Shown here: one piece after another, positions 1-12,442 of the stretch | How the letters are laid out: every line of letters begins with the position of its first letter | How positions within the stretch are numbered: the first letter of the stretch is position 1 | Source of the DNA: Leucoraja erinacea | Lineage: Eukaryota | Direction: 5' to 3' | Assembly: GCF_028641065.1 (NCBI RefSeq) | Contig: NC_073412.1 | Coordinates: forward strand, 5,084,001 to 5,148,000 | Length of the DNA: 64,000 nucleotides | The notes under the pieces: generated by a model | What the model saw: the letters and a program-made list of their open reading frames with translations, nothing else | Told to the model about the DNA's origin: nothing | The model's database searches: none | Program-made: the position numbers and the translations under genes

Positions 1-862
1 TGCCAACAAGTGACCTGAGGGTGACAACTACCTGAAGAGTCCTGACTCGTGACGTCATCAATGCTGCCTCACCTGCTGAGTTAATCCAGCGCTTTGTATT
101 TTACTCAATATTCCAGCACCTGCAGTTCCTTGCCTCCACACCAACTTCTAATATAACATGTCTTTCAGATAGGAAAAAGGTGCCAAAGCTGTTCACAATA
201 GCGTGGTCAAAATAAAATGAACAATAAGGCACACTACATATTGGGGCAGTATTCAAAAGCTTCATCACAGAGACAAGTTAAAGAAGATCATGAGCCTGGA
301 GGTGTTTCCACAGATCGGAAAGGGTTTTCAAAAAAACAAGGATATACATTTTCAAATGATGCTCAATCAGTATCCCGTGCAAGTGAGCAAGCAAAGGAGT
401 GCAGCAAAGGGAAACTGATTGTGCCCGGATCAGACACATCTCCAGGGAAAAAAATACGCCTCTCTCAAAAAATATTTACATGTCCTATTTTTATTCTGGT
501 TTGAAAACAACTGTTGCTGGGCTACAGAATACATTTGCAATTTAATTAAAAGGGCAAATTTAAATATTAAAGAAAGTTAAGAACGTTTTTAAAATACTTA
601 TAATTTCCTAATAAAATCAAAATTTGTGTTAGTCAATGGCCATACATTGACAAAAGCTGCATTGCTGTTTTATTAAAGGCAGAAGACTAGCTGATGATTC
701 ACGTAGAGACAGTTTCTCTAAAAAATACTTGCTCCTCCATAATTGGTTTAGCATGACTGGTTAGCACACAACAAACCCTCGGTGCAGATTACAATAAACT
801 AAACTAGCTAATAAACAATAGAACATATGCCATATCCAATTATTATTGAGTACCAAGAAGCA

Positions 863-899
<37 letters not shown>

Positions 900-1619
900 A
901 TTATTATACTATCTTGAAAAATGCTTTAAAAATGCCTGGGAGAATTCATGTAAAGTCTAATTTTTGTGCATCAGGTAATCGGTGACCCATGCCCGTGTAC
1001 AGGTTGGATGGTTTTACTTGTTTCACACTCAGGAACCTGATCCTTAATTCCCTTTGCTTCGATCGAACAGGAACCCTAATCTTCCCACCACTATCAGAGA
1101 ATTAAACTCCGGTGCCTGGGACTACATGCTTGGAAATGCTGCCCGCCCGAACACAATGGATACCTGGGTCACACGCCTGACACAATTGCACCCCTGGGTC
1201 AGACCGCAACATACCTGGAATTCTGGACTTTCTCCCAATAGTCGCGAGTACCTGAGAATCCAGGTGACTGGGTAATCCCATTCTACAGGCACACCTGGTC
1301 AGTCCTTCCCCAGATATACTTGTGTACATAGGTCACCAGCACCTGAGTCAACTCTTCCCCAGACACACTGGTAATATAGACCAGTCTTCCCTGGAACACC
1401 TGGATTACCCTTTCCCCTTTGCGCACCATGGGTATGCGGGTCATTCTGTCTCGAGGGTCACCTGTGGATAGCGCCGTCTCTCCCGCCCCCCTCCGGACAC
1501 CTCTCCCTCCACCCCAGGGCTCCTGGATCTCACTTCTCCTCATACCTGGGGACAGAGACCACTCTCTCCCACTTCCCCCTGATACTCTTTTCTCTCCCCC
1601 ACCCCCCCCCAGGCTCCTC

Positions 1620-3245
1620 TCCCCCCACCCATGGGCGGCGAGACCACTCTACCACTTCTCACACCTGGGCCCCTTCCCCCCCCCCCCCCCCACACCTGGG
1701 CACCAAGATACCTCTGCCCACCTCTCACCTGGGCCCCTCTCTCCCCCACACACCTGGGGACAGAACGACCTTTCCCTGTCACACCTGGGCCCCTCTCCCC
1801 CACACACCTGGGCCCCTCTCCCCCCTACACCTGGGCACCAAGACAGCTTTCCCTGTCACATACCTGGGCCCCTGTGCCCCACACCTGGGCACAGAGCGAC
1901 ATTTCCCTTTCATACCTGGGCACCGAGACACTCCTCCCCCCCACTCCCCTACACACCTGGGCATCGAGACACCTTTTCCTCTCACACCTTGGTCTCTCTC
2001 TCTCCCCCCCACACACCTGGGCACAGAGCGACATTTCCCTCCCCCATACACCTGTGCCCCACTCCCTCACACACCTGGGGACAGAGCGACATTTCCCTCT
2101 CCCCCACACCTGGGCATCGAGACACCTTTCCCTTTCACACCTGGGCATCGAGACACCTTTTCCTTTCACACCTGGGCATCGAGACACCTTTTCCTCTCAC
2201 ACCTGGGCCCCTGTGCCCGATACCTGGGCCCGTCTCCCCCACACACCTGGGCCCCTCTCCCCCATACACCTGTGCCCCACTCCCCCACACATCTGGGGAC
2301 AGAGCGACATTTCCCTCTCCCCCACACCTGGGCATCGAGACACCTTTCCCTTTCACACCTGGGCATCGAGAGACCTTTCCCTTTCACACCTGGGCATCGA
2401 GACACCTTTCCCTTTCACACCTGGGCATTGAGACACCTTTCCCTTTCACACCTGGGCATCGAGACACCTTTCCCTTTCACACCTGGGCATCGAGACACCT
2501 TTTCCTCTCACACCTGGGCACCTCTCCCCCATACACCTGGGCCCCTCTCCCCTACACCTGGGCACCAAGACAGCTTTCCCTGTCACATACCTGGGCCCCT
2601 GTGCCCCACACACCTGCGCACAGAGCGACATTTCCCTCCCCCACACACCTGTGCCCCACTCCCCCACACACCTGGGGACAGAGCGACATTTCCCTCTCCC
2701 CCACACCTGGGCATCGAGACACCTTTCCCTTTCACACCTGGGCATCGAGACACCTTTTCCTCTCACACCTGGGCCCCTGTGCCCGATACCTGGGCCCGTC
2801 TCCCCCACACACCTGGGCATCGAGACACCTTTCCCTCTCACACCTGGGCCCCTCTCCCCCACACATCTGGGGACAGAGCGACATTTCCCTCTCCCCCACA
2901 CACCTGGGCATCGAGACACCTTTCCCTCTCACACCTGGGCATTGAGACACCTTTCCCTTTCACACCTGGGCATCGAGACACCTTTCCCTTTCACACCTGG
3001 GCCCCTGTGCCCGATACCTGGGCCCCTCTCCCCCACACACCTGTGCCCCTCTCCCCCACACACCTGGGCACAGAGCGACATTTCCCTCTCCCCCACACCT
3101 GGGCATCGAGACACCTTTCCCTCTCACACCTTGGTCTCTCTCCTCCACACATCTGGGGACAGAGCGACATTTCCCTCTCCCCCACACCTGGGCACCGAGA
3201 CACCTGTCTCACCTGTGCCCCTCTCCCCCACACACCTGTGCCCAT
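1620..3245. repeat. C-rich complex minisatellite built on a CACACCTGGG core (main ~29-bp unit cacacctgggcatcgagacacctttcccttt)
   Basis: Dozens of CACACCTGGG cores with recurring sub-units. It explains the 508/365/266-aa low-complexity ORFs. Confidence 0.95.
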
Positions 3246-3267
3246 GAGACACTCCTCCCTCCCTCAC

Positions 3268-3325
3268 CATCACTCTGCTCCTGCAGCAAGGCGGCCTCGG
3301 CTCCGTCGTCTCCGGGGTAGCACAT
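3268..3325 (-). CDS. Probable first coding exon of an unidentified gene continuing off the left end (MCYPGDDGAEAALLQEQSD-)
   Basis: caccATG Kozak-like start at 3325 inside a CpG island, ending at a strong G|GTGAGG donor (phase 1). In-frame upstream ATGs also exist. Protein not recognised. Confidence 0.55.
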
Positions 3326-3570
3326 GGTGTTGCCGCGCCGGTGGCCGGTGGGGCTGGAGGTGGAGCTAGGGCTAGGCCCGGGGATCGGGCCGGCGTTCGG
3401 CAGTTGCCGGGCCGCTCCCGCTCCCGCCCCCCCCCATGGCCGCGCTCGGTGCCGCCGCCCCCACATTGTGACCCGGCTCGTTGCCGCCCAACCGCCGCCC
3501 GGCCCGCACCCGGCCCCACCACAGCGCCGCCCGCAGGACGGGAGGCTCCCCTGCACCACCATTCGGCCCC
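3280..3570. promoter_or_regulatory. CpG island / promoter region of the left-hand minus-strand gene
   Basis: Very GC- and CpG-rich with CCGCCC GC boxes, against an AT-rich background. Confidence 0.75.
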
Positions 3571-3599
3571 TTTCACCCATACTCAAAGGTGAGGTTATT

Positions 3600-4233
3600 G
3601 GGTGATTTCACCAAAGGTCAAATGAGCGTAGATCCCCCCTCACGTGACCGAAAATTTTAACTGGAGGACATCTCTCAGTTTGGTACATGTAAGTGAATGG
3701 GGAAACACGCACTTTCCCACCCGTTAAAAACATGGAAAACGGCCGATATTTGAGCTGAAATTTTCTGTGCTAGTCGGTGTGACCGTGAAGCACAGCGACC
3801 TAAATGTTCAGGCAAAACAAAAGATAGAAAGTGAGGTAATTACAAGAGGGAACTGAAGGTGGAAAAACAGCGGAAGTGAACAGCGGACATTTGCCGTGGA
3901 GATTTTAAGATCCAAAATATCGGGAATTATCGCGTTTGCTCGCTGAATTTCATCAAAAGTGAGGCATTATTAACTTACTTTTGATGAAATTCAGCGAGCA
4001 AACGCGATAATTCCCGATATTTTGGATCTTAAAATCACCACGGCAAATGTCAGCTGTTCACTTCCGCCGCTTTCTACCTTCAAAATCGGCCATTTTCCAT
4101 GTTTTTAACGGGTGGGAAAGTGCGTGTTTCCCCATTCACTTACATGTACCAAACTGAGAGATGTCCTCCAGTTAAAATTTTCGGTCACGTGAGGGGAGGA
4201 TCTACGCTCATTTGACCTTTGGTGAAATCACCC
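3600..4233. mobile_element. Long palindromic (foldback) non-autonomous DNA transposon, copy 1
   Basis: Ends GGGTGATTTCACCAAAGG...CCTTTGGTGAAATCACCC; TATT on both sides (3596-3599, 4234-4237); hairpin centre near 3968; about 105 bp deleted from the right arm near 4082. Confidence 0.9.
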
Positions 4234-4264
4234 TATTGTCACCACCTGCACCAAGTAAGGTGCA

Positions 4265-4938
4265 GTCCTTGGTCCTTGGTCCTTGGTCCTCCAAAATATT
4301 CCAAATGGAATTTAAACTGGAGGTGGTGGAGGGAAAACTTAAGCCAGAAAGGGTTTTGGGAAGAAAGAACTACCTTAAATTTAGTTGCATCTGGTTGGGT
4401 AACTATAGTTGGGTGAAGATTATTCCATGCTTTAATTGTGCGGGGGAAGAACGAATTGCTGTACACATCTGTCTTGGTAGCTGGAATCTCAAATTGGATC
4501 CAATGTCCTCAACATCTGTCTTGGTAGCTGGAATCTCAAATTGGATCGAATGCCCTCGTCTGCTCCTAATTGGTTTGGGTTTGGTGTAGGTCTTGTAGTC
4601 TATGTCGAGCTGACCATTTAACATTATGTAAAAACAGGTCAAAAAGTGAGCTTCACGTCTGTCTTGGAGAGGGTTCCACCCCGACCAGTGAATTCAGAAG
4701 TTTGGTGACACTCGCTTCTCTCTCATAGGTGTTAGTAACAAATCGAGCTGCCTGTCTTTGGACACGTTCGATGGAAGAAATGTTTTTATTTGTGCATGGG
4801 TCCCATGCTGCAACTGCGTAGTCCAAATGAGGTCTAACGAGGGTGAAGTATAGCTTCTCCTTGACAGAAGTTGAACAATGGTGAAAGTTGCAGCTCAGAA
4901 AATTTAGGACACCTGTTGCTTTCAGTGAGACTGGAATC
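4265..4938 (-). mobile_element. 5'-truncated LINE (CR1/Crack-like ORF2 C-terminus) with a (GACCAAG)n tail
   Basis: Translations LYFTLVRPHLDYAVAAWDP...IERVQRQAARFV and NSFFPRTIKAWNNL; tandem tail at 4266-4288; internal ~48-bp duplication at 4463-4546. Confidence 0.85.
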
Positions 4939-6618
4939 ACTATACAGCCATACTAAAAAAGAGCAACAAGACACACAAGAACAAGAGGAAGAAGTTTGAA
5001 CTTTATTGCCTTCCATCCCAGCGAAGAATGTGGAATCCACTGTGATGGATGTTTATGTTAACTTTTATGTGGTTGTGTGTCTTGTTGCTTCACTGTGTAT
5101 GGCTGTACGGTAACTGAAATGTCATTGTTCCTTAATTGGTACATGTGACAATAAACTGACCTTGAAATCTTGAACTACGTAAAAGTCAACATAAACTTCC
5201 GCCACAATGGATTCCCCACATTCCTCACTGTGATGGAAGGCAATAAAATCCAATCTCTTTCCTCTTTTTCTCGAACCATCCACAGTTGGAGAGATCGAAG
5301 CTCCCGCAGCCGGTGGTCGAAACTCCAATGATCGGGGCGGTCAAAGCTCCCGTGGCTTGGAGCTCCCAAAGTCGGTCCCTAACCAGGGACAGCGAGCTCC
5401 TCGATGTTAAAGTCCACAGGCTCCCGTAGTTGGAGCTCCCGAAGTTGGTCCCCAGCAGAGGCCGCCAACTCCACAATGTTAGGCCGTGGTGTGAACGGTG
5501 ATGCGATATGGAAAAGAATCACCTCCGTTGTTGTAAGAAATGTTTTAATTAAGTTTCCCCCAACCTCCCCCCCACCCCCATTCATTTGTTGTATATATCT
5601 CTCTACATCACCATCTATATCTCTCGTTTCCCTTTCCCCTGACTCTCAGTCTGAAAAAGGGTTTCAACGCGAAATGTCACCAATTCCTTTTCTCCAGAGA
5701 TGCTGTCTGACCCGCTGAGCCAGCTTTTTATGTTTGTCTTTACCTTAATAGGCAGGGTTCTCCCGGCCTACCCAGTTTTTTTTTGACATGGTGCTTTTAC
5801 TGAAAACTTTTCCAATATCCTGGAAGTAGCCAGCCTCTCGTTAACATCTCACCCAAAAGACAGTGCAGCAAAAAAGTTTGCCAAAATCTTTTACCATTTG
5901 AGCGCATCAGTGCATTTATCAGTGGAGGAGGTTAAAGAGCACAATGAGCTTTGGGAACTTTCATCTTTATGTAAAAGTCACCATGCTTTGGAGAAAACAA
6001 GTTAAGCAAACACAAAAACCATTTTGTTCAAACCCAGCATTCCTTTCCCAATGCCAATGGCTTTGCTTTGCCTTCGCAACACTTGGTGTTCAAGATTTCA
6101 AAGAGTTTTGTTTTAATCTGCCAAGTATACATTCATTGAATTATCAATTGCTTTTAATGTATGTTTTCCATTCCATGAAAAAGACATTCTTTATTTTAAT
6201 CTGAGCGAGTTGTCCTGCATTCTTTCCACTGGGTTATCGATCACAATGATCCCAGTCTTTTGGTAAGAACTCAGGAAAGTAATTGAATATATCTTTGGTT
6301 ACAATCCAGGTGATTATTCCATGTCAACATGCACCAAACCATAGTGATCACAAATCAACTATCAACATGCACCAAATCATAGTCTTAAATGAAACCAAAA
6401 AGTTAAATAGCAACATACAAACTTTCCGACATTACTTTTTTCCACACTTCAAATTTAGTCAGATCCTCATCAGTTTATCAGATTTTTTATCAGATCCTTG
6501 ATATGAATGTGGAGGAAGTGATAATTATTTAATAAATCAGATTTAGAACCTCAATGCATGGATCTTAAATAGTTAGTTTCTAGAACTTAAAAATGTAAAC
6601 AAGTTTGATCCCACTCTT

Positions 6619-6930
6619 TAGTTTAGTTTAGAGATGCAGCGCGGAAAACAGACTCTTCGGCCCACTGTGTCCGCGCCGACCAGCAATCCCCGCACATTAA
6701 CACTATCTGACACACACTAGGGACAATTTTACATTTACCAAGCCAATTAACCTGCAAACTTGTACGTCTTTGGAGTGTGGGAGGAAACCGAAGATCTCGG
6801 AGAAAACCCAGGAGGTCATGGGGAGAAAGTACAAACTCCGTACAGACAGCACCCGTAGTCGGGATTGAACCCGGGTCTCCGGCAGTGCAAGTGCTGTGAG
6901 GCGACAACTCTAGCGCTGTGCCACCGTGCC
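6619..6930 (-). mobile_element. tRNA-derived SINE (V-SINE/HE1-like)
   Basis: A/B-box-like 5' head, conserved core, (CTAAA)n tail; same family at 9577-9863, 18983-19270, 45913-46195 and elsewhere. Confidence 0.85.
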
Positions 6931-7972
6931 TCTTTAAATTATTATTTTGTTCATTCTGCAGTTGTGGGAATCTCTGGGAAAATTGTATTTCTCATCTGCT
7001 CAGAGTTCTTTCAGCAAAACCAGAATGGTTTACTTGGTGACCACACTGATCTAGATCTGTACTCGCAGACTGCATATAGGGAGACACAAGAGACGGCAGA
7101 TGCTGGACACAACAAAGTGCTGGAGGAACTCAGCGATTCAAGCAGCATCTGTGGAGGGAATGGGCAGATGACTTTTCGAGTTGGGACACTGATTATAGTA
7201 GGAGAGAAAAAGTTGTAAAGGACATTCAGGGTGATAGCTTTCACTTGTACTTTGAAAGGAAAAAAAATGAGTTTCATGGTCACTAACTGATGGCAGCTGT
7301 TAATCTACAAATCATACACACTTTGTCGGGAACATTCTTAATGCCGTTGACAATTCATTCACTTTCACAACTACCTACATGTGGATGCAACATATGTTGT
7401 CTTTTTCTCTCCCGCTCACCGAAAGAACAGCATCTTTTCACTTGTCACCATCAAATCTCGTGAGCAGCAGGAACAATCAATTATTAACCAAGCAAATGTG
7501 TTGGCTGTTGAACAACTGAACACTAAGCTCAATGCACACAGGTTGATAGGATGCCCTCCAACACATCTGTGCCAATAAATCCCTGCAAAGAAGCGGAATG
7601 TATCAACCAAATAGATTCCAGAATTTGGGATCTTGGTTCTCTTTGCCGGTACGGACCCAAAACTCAGGTCCCTGATAACAGCATTTTTGGGCGACTGGCC
7701 TGTGTTTTGAAGACTCTGTGATGGGCCCACCACAATGAGCTTCTCCCCAAAAGTATTGGAGCGCGCATTCCCACTTAACGTTCTCACAAAAGATCATTAA
7801 CCCGACAATTAAGTTTCTCTCTCTCCACAGATACTTCCTGACCTGCTGAGTATCCCACAGATTTTATTTGTTCATGTAACATTTCATAAAACTCCGCTTT
7901 CCTTGGGTTATCTCACAGATTTGTTATTATAACTAATTTAGCAGCATCAACTCACTCAAAACAAGACTCTTA

Positions 7973-8186
7973 TGCCCCTGTCCCACTTAGGAAACCTGAA
8001 TGGAAACCTCTGGAGACTTTGCGCCCCACCCAAGGTTTCCGTGCGGTTCCCGGAGGTTTTTGTCAGTCTCCCTACCTGCTTCCACTACCTGCAACCACCT
8101 GCAACCTCCGGGAACCGCACAGAAACCTGGGTGGGGCGCAAAGTCTCCAGAGGTTTCCGTTCAGGTTTCCTAAGTGGGACAGGGGC
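7973..8186. mobile_element. ~215-bp palindromic MITE, copy A
   Basis: TIR GCCCCTGTCCCACTTAGGAAACCTGA... of about 80 bp, interrupted in the right arm by small changes. Confidence 0.9.
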
Positions 8187-8550
8187 CTCTTACCAATTTA
8201 AATAAAATTAAATCAAATTAAATAGAAACAGTCATTAGTGGAAGACACAATAGGAATATTTTCTACTTCACCTATGTACACCTTTGCTTCCTTCCTCATT
8301 TTCAGACGGTGCAAAGAAACTGCAAATTACAGCAGCACTTCATGTTTAAGATCTGAGGTAAATGTTTTCACTATATATTACGAATAGCGAATGTAGTGCA
8401 AGGCAGTTTACCTTCAAATTAGATATATGTCCATGGTAATCATGCAAAGGGTAGCTATAACATTTCAACAAGCTGCAAGACTATAAATACTGGTTCAAAT
8501 GCGTTTATAACTTCATTCAATGCAGGCATTATTGGCAAGTGATTCCCTAA

Positions 8551-8766
8551 TGCCCCTGTCCCACTTAGGAAACCTGAACGGAAACCTGTGGAGACTTTGC
8601 ACCCCACCCAAGGGTTCCTTGTGGTTCCCGGAGGTTGCCGGTGGTTGCAGGTAGTGGAAGCAGGTAGGGAGGCTGACAAAAACCTCCGGGAACCGCACAG
8701 AAACCTTGGGTGGGGCGCAAAGTCTCCAGAGGTTTCCGATCAGGTTTCCTAAGTGGGACAGGGGCA
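8551..8766. mobile_element. ~215-bp palindromic MITE, copy B (opposite orientation to A)
   Basis: Same TIRs, flanked by TAA...TTA; internal spacer is the reverse complement of copy A's. Confidence 0.9.
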
Positions 8767-9576
8767 TTAGTCTCTGTTGATGTCAAACAACCACAACCAT
8801 CTTAATTTGAAGTAAGACTCCATCCATCTATTCACTTAGTTTCCTCCCCACCTAATGATTTTTATATTAACGAAGACATACCTGGAGCTACGAGAGCTGC
8901 TGCCTCACAACGCCAGAGACCTGGGTTTGATCCCGACCACGTGTGCTGTCTGCGTGGAGCTGGCACGTTCTCCCATTGACTGTGGATTTCCTCCGGATTC
9001 CTCCCGCATCTCAAAGACATGCAGGGTTGTATGTAAAATAGCTTCTGCAAAATTGCCCCTAGTGACATCGGACTTGTGTGAACGGGTGAAAGATGGTTGG
9101 CACGGACTTGGTGTCAATGGGACTTTGCCATGCTGCATCCCAAAGAAATCTTATTTTGGTGTCAATGGCACTCTCGAGGTCACCTTTTCCCCCTTGCCTT
9201 ATCTTTGGACCAAATTTGAACCAAGGTCAAGAGCTGGTTGGCTTTGGCAAGGTCTACACCAAGCAGGTTACACATGAGAAACTGAAATGATTGATGATAG
9301 TCAATAATAACTTTGGTTCCTGAGCTCAAAGCTGCAAGGTTAATTCAACAAAGACAGACACAAAATGGTGGAGAAACTCAGTGGGATAGGCAGCATCTCT
9401 GGGGAGAAGGAATGGGTAATGTTACGGGTCTCAACCCGAAACACCTATTCCTTCTCTCCAGAGATGCTGCCTGTCCAGCATTTTGTGTCTATCTTCGGTG
9501 TAAACCAGCATTTGCAGTTCCATCATACAAGTTCATTCACTTGGTTTTCTGGCTCATCAGTAAATTACATGAGTTT

Positions 9577-9863
9577 GAGTTTAGCAGTATAGAGTGGAAA
9601 CAGGCCCTTCGGCCCACCAAGTCTACATCGACCAGTGATCCTGTATACTAGCACTATCCTACACACATTTTATAATTTTTCCGAACCCATTTAAACTACA
9701 AACCTGTATGTCTTTGGGACTGTGGGGGAAAACCAGAGCACCCGCAGAAAATCCACGCGGTCACTGGGAAGAACGCACAAATTCCGTACAGACAGCACCC
9801 GTAGTCAGGATTGAACTCACGTCTCTGATGCTGTAAGGCAGCAACTCTACCATTGCGCCACCG
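9577..9863 (-). mobile_element. tRNA-derived SINE
   Basis: Same family as 6619-6930. Confidence 0.8.
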
Positions 9864-10207
9864 TATATTAGGGCAAAACGTCATGAAACAGCTAGGCTGT
9901 ACCGTGTGAAAACAGAATTCTCTAGGATCAGAGGGACGAGAGCTAAACAGGTGAGAACTTAAGCAAATTTGTTACTACTGCAATACAAAACGAATGCACA
10001 TAAAAACGGAATGAAGCAAACAAAATTAACAGCTAAAGGAAATAAACTGATATTCCCAGAGAAAAATAGCCAACCACCCATTAAGAGAGGGTAAAGTTTT
10101 GAATCTTGCAAAATTCACATGTGCCATTGCAATCTATCCATCAGCCTACAGAACCACCATGCATAATGTCCTCATAATCCTGAGGCTACCGAGTGAGAGT
10201 TCAGAGG

Positions 10208-10417
10208 TCACTGCATGCAGCATGCTCTGAAGAGCAGCATCCCGTCCGAGTTGATGCACAAGTCCACGGTCTCGTTGGCGGCAATGAAGAGCACGGACCC
10301 TCGGCAGACGTTGATCTCAGACGGGTCGGCGGTGGCCAAGGCTTCTCCACTGATTACAAGCAGGATACTCGCAGAATCAATGGAAGATATCGTGTATTCT
10401 TCCACGGAACTTGGAAT
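10208..10417 (-). CDS. MPI: Mannose-6-phosphate isomerase exon 8 (last coding exon)
   Basis: cag acceptor; IPSSVEEYTISSIDSASILLVISG...GSVLFIAANE...LLFRACCMQ* matches the PMI type I C-terminus. Confidence 0.95.
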   Translation of the reverse strand: MPSSVEEYTISSIDSASILLVISGEALATADPSEINVCRGSVLFIAANETVDLCINSDGMLLFRACCMQ

Positions 10418-10859
10418 CTGGGTTAAAGAGATTTTCTTTTAGTTTACAACATTTTCCGGTGACATTGAACTTCATTAAATTCTGCAGTCTATTCCGATTA
10501 TACCGTTTAAAAGGCAGTTAAATAACCTGGACAAATCACACCGAGTATTAAAACAGTAAAGAACTGATAGCAAAGGAGATGATGCAGAGATTCATCAGCA
10601 TGACTGGGTGGTGTTTCAGTTACGAGGAGAATTTTTTTTCCCTGCCGAGGTGGTTGAGGGGACAGGCTGGATGTATATAAAATTAGGAGGGGTTTAGATA
10701 GGAAAGAATGCAGGAAACGTTCCCCATTAGAGAATGGAGAACATAGATTTAGAACATGGACAGTATAGCACAGGAATGGCCCACAATGTTTGTGTCGAAC
10801 TTGATCCCAAGATATTTTATCTTCCTGCACATGATGCACTTCCCTCTATCCTTTGCACT

Positions 10860-11155
10860 TCAATAGACAATAGACAATAGACAATAGGTACAGGAGAAGG
10901 CCATTTGGCCCATCAAGCCAGTACCGTCATTCAATATGATCATGGCTGATCATCCACAATCAGTGCCCCGTTCCTGCCTTCTCCCCATATCCCCTGACTG
11001 CACTATCTTTAAGAGCTCTATCCAACTCTCTCTTGAAAGCATCCAGAGAATTGGCCTCCACTGCCTTCTGAGGCAGAGGATTTCACAGATTCATAACTCT
11101 CTGGGTGAAAAGGTTTTTCCTCATCTCCGTTCTAAATGGCCTACCCCTTATTCTC
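10860..11155 (-). mobile_element. CR1 LINE 3' fragment
   Basis: LRIRGRPFRTEMRKNLFTQRVMNL; (ctattgt)n-type tail. Confidence 0.85.
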
Positions 11156-12215
11156 AAGTGCCTATTTAAAAGCCTCTTAAGCACCACTATCGCATTAGCC
11201 TCTGCCACCACCCCTGCTAATGCGTCTAGGCTCCCAGCACATGGTGTAAAACAACTTGCCCCGCACATCTCTGTTAAACATTCCCCACAAGGAGTTAGAG
11301 ATCCAGTGATGATCTGAAGGGGACCTTTACAACCCAGGGAGTGGCGAGAACCTGGAATGCACTGTGAGAAAAAGTGGTAGAAGCAGAATTGTTGACGGCA
11401 TTTAATAAATGTCTACATGGAAACCTTAATTGTCTGGGCATAGAAGGTTTATAGGCCAAATACAGGATGATGGGATGAACATGGATGGGTGTCCACTGGT
11501 TGTTGTGAACATGATGGGCTGAATGGCCTGCTACCTTGTTCTAACTATGTTGCACCTCTGGAGAAGGGGCATGCAGTGTTTGCAATGAGTATACCAGAAA
11601 CGCGCGATTGTAAGCATCATAAAAGGCTGCAAAGATTGGGGTGATCTTTATCTTGAGAACAGGCTATTGAACAATGATCCTTCTATAGAGGGATGTGGGC
11701 CCTACCTGGGCAGGCGGGGCACCTTGATCAGCATGAGCAAGTTGGGCTGAAGAGCCTCTTTCCCAATGCTGTAGGGCTTTAAGGCTCTAACTGATTTAAA
11801 ATGTATGGACTATTAAAGACTTGTTGGGACTATTAAAGTTAATATCCAAAAGACATGCCTACTTAGTTTTCAATAGAAGAAGCATAAATCTAAGATGAGG
11901 CATGGATAATATTTCATCTGAAAATCCTTTGGTCAGGGAATGCAAAACTTATTACTGAATAATCTGGTTGATGAAAATTGCAGACGCATATAAAAGGAAG
12001 TAGGATATAAATATATAGACAAGGGAAAAAAGAATGGGGGGGGGGATATATTGTGTAGGTAAATGATAGAAACTTGAGGTAGTTGATAGCAAATGGGAAG
12101 AATGAAATGGGGTAGGATTCGTGTAAATGGTCAGCGTAGACTCAGTTGGCTGAAGGGTCCGTCGCAGTACTGTACGACTCTTAAGTGAGATGGTGAAGGA
12201 GTAAATAAAATGGAA

Positions 12216-12442
12216 GGTACACAAGAATGCTGGAGAAACTCAGCGGGTGCAGCAGCATCTATGGAGCGAAGGAAATAGGCAACGTTTCGGGCCGAAACCC
12301 TTGCGGGTTTCGACCCGAAACGTTGCCTATTTCCTACAGGGTTTCGACCCGAAACACAAAAATGCTGGAGAAACTCAGCGGGTGCAGCAGCATCTATGGA
12401 GCGAAGGAAATAGGCAACGTTTCGGGCCGAAACCCTTCTTGA
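12216..12442. repeat. Penelope-derived terminal repeat cluster (direct plus inverted copies)
   Basis: ctggagaaactcagcgggtgcagcagcatc...aacgtttcgggccgaaaccc occurs twice, with an inverted piece between. Confidence 0.75.

Noticed and set aside
217-504. 95-aa plus-strand ORF
   Set aside because: No recognisable homology or splice context; probably a chance ORF in an intron of the left-hand gene.
1419-3369. Long ORFs of 508, 365 and 266 aa
   Set aside because: They are translations of the C-rich minisatellite, open in several frames, with no domain.
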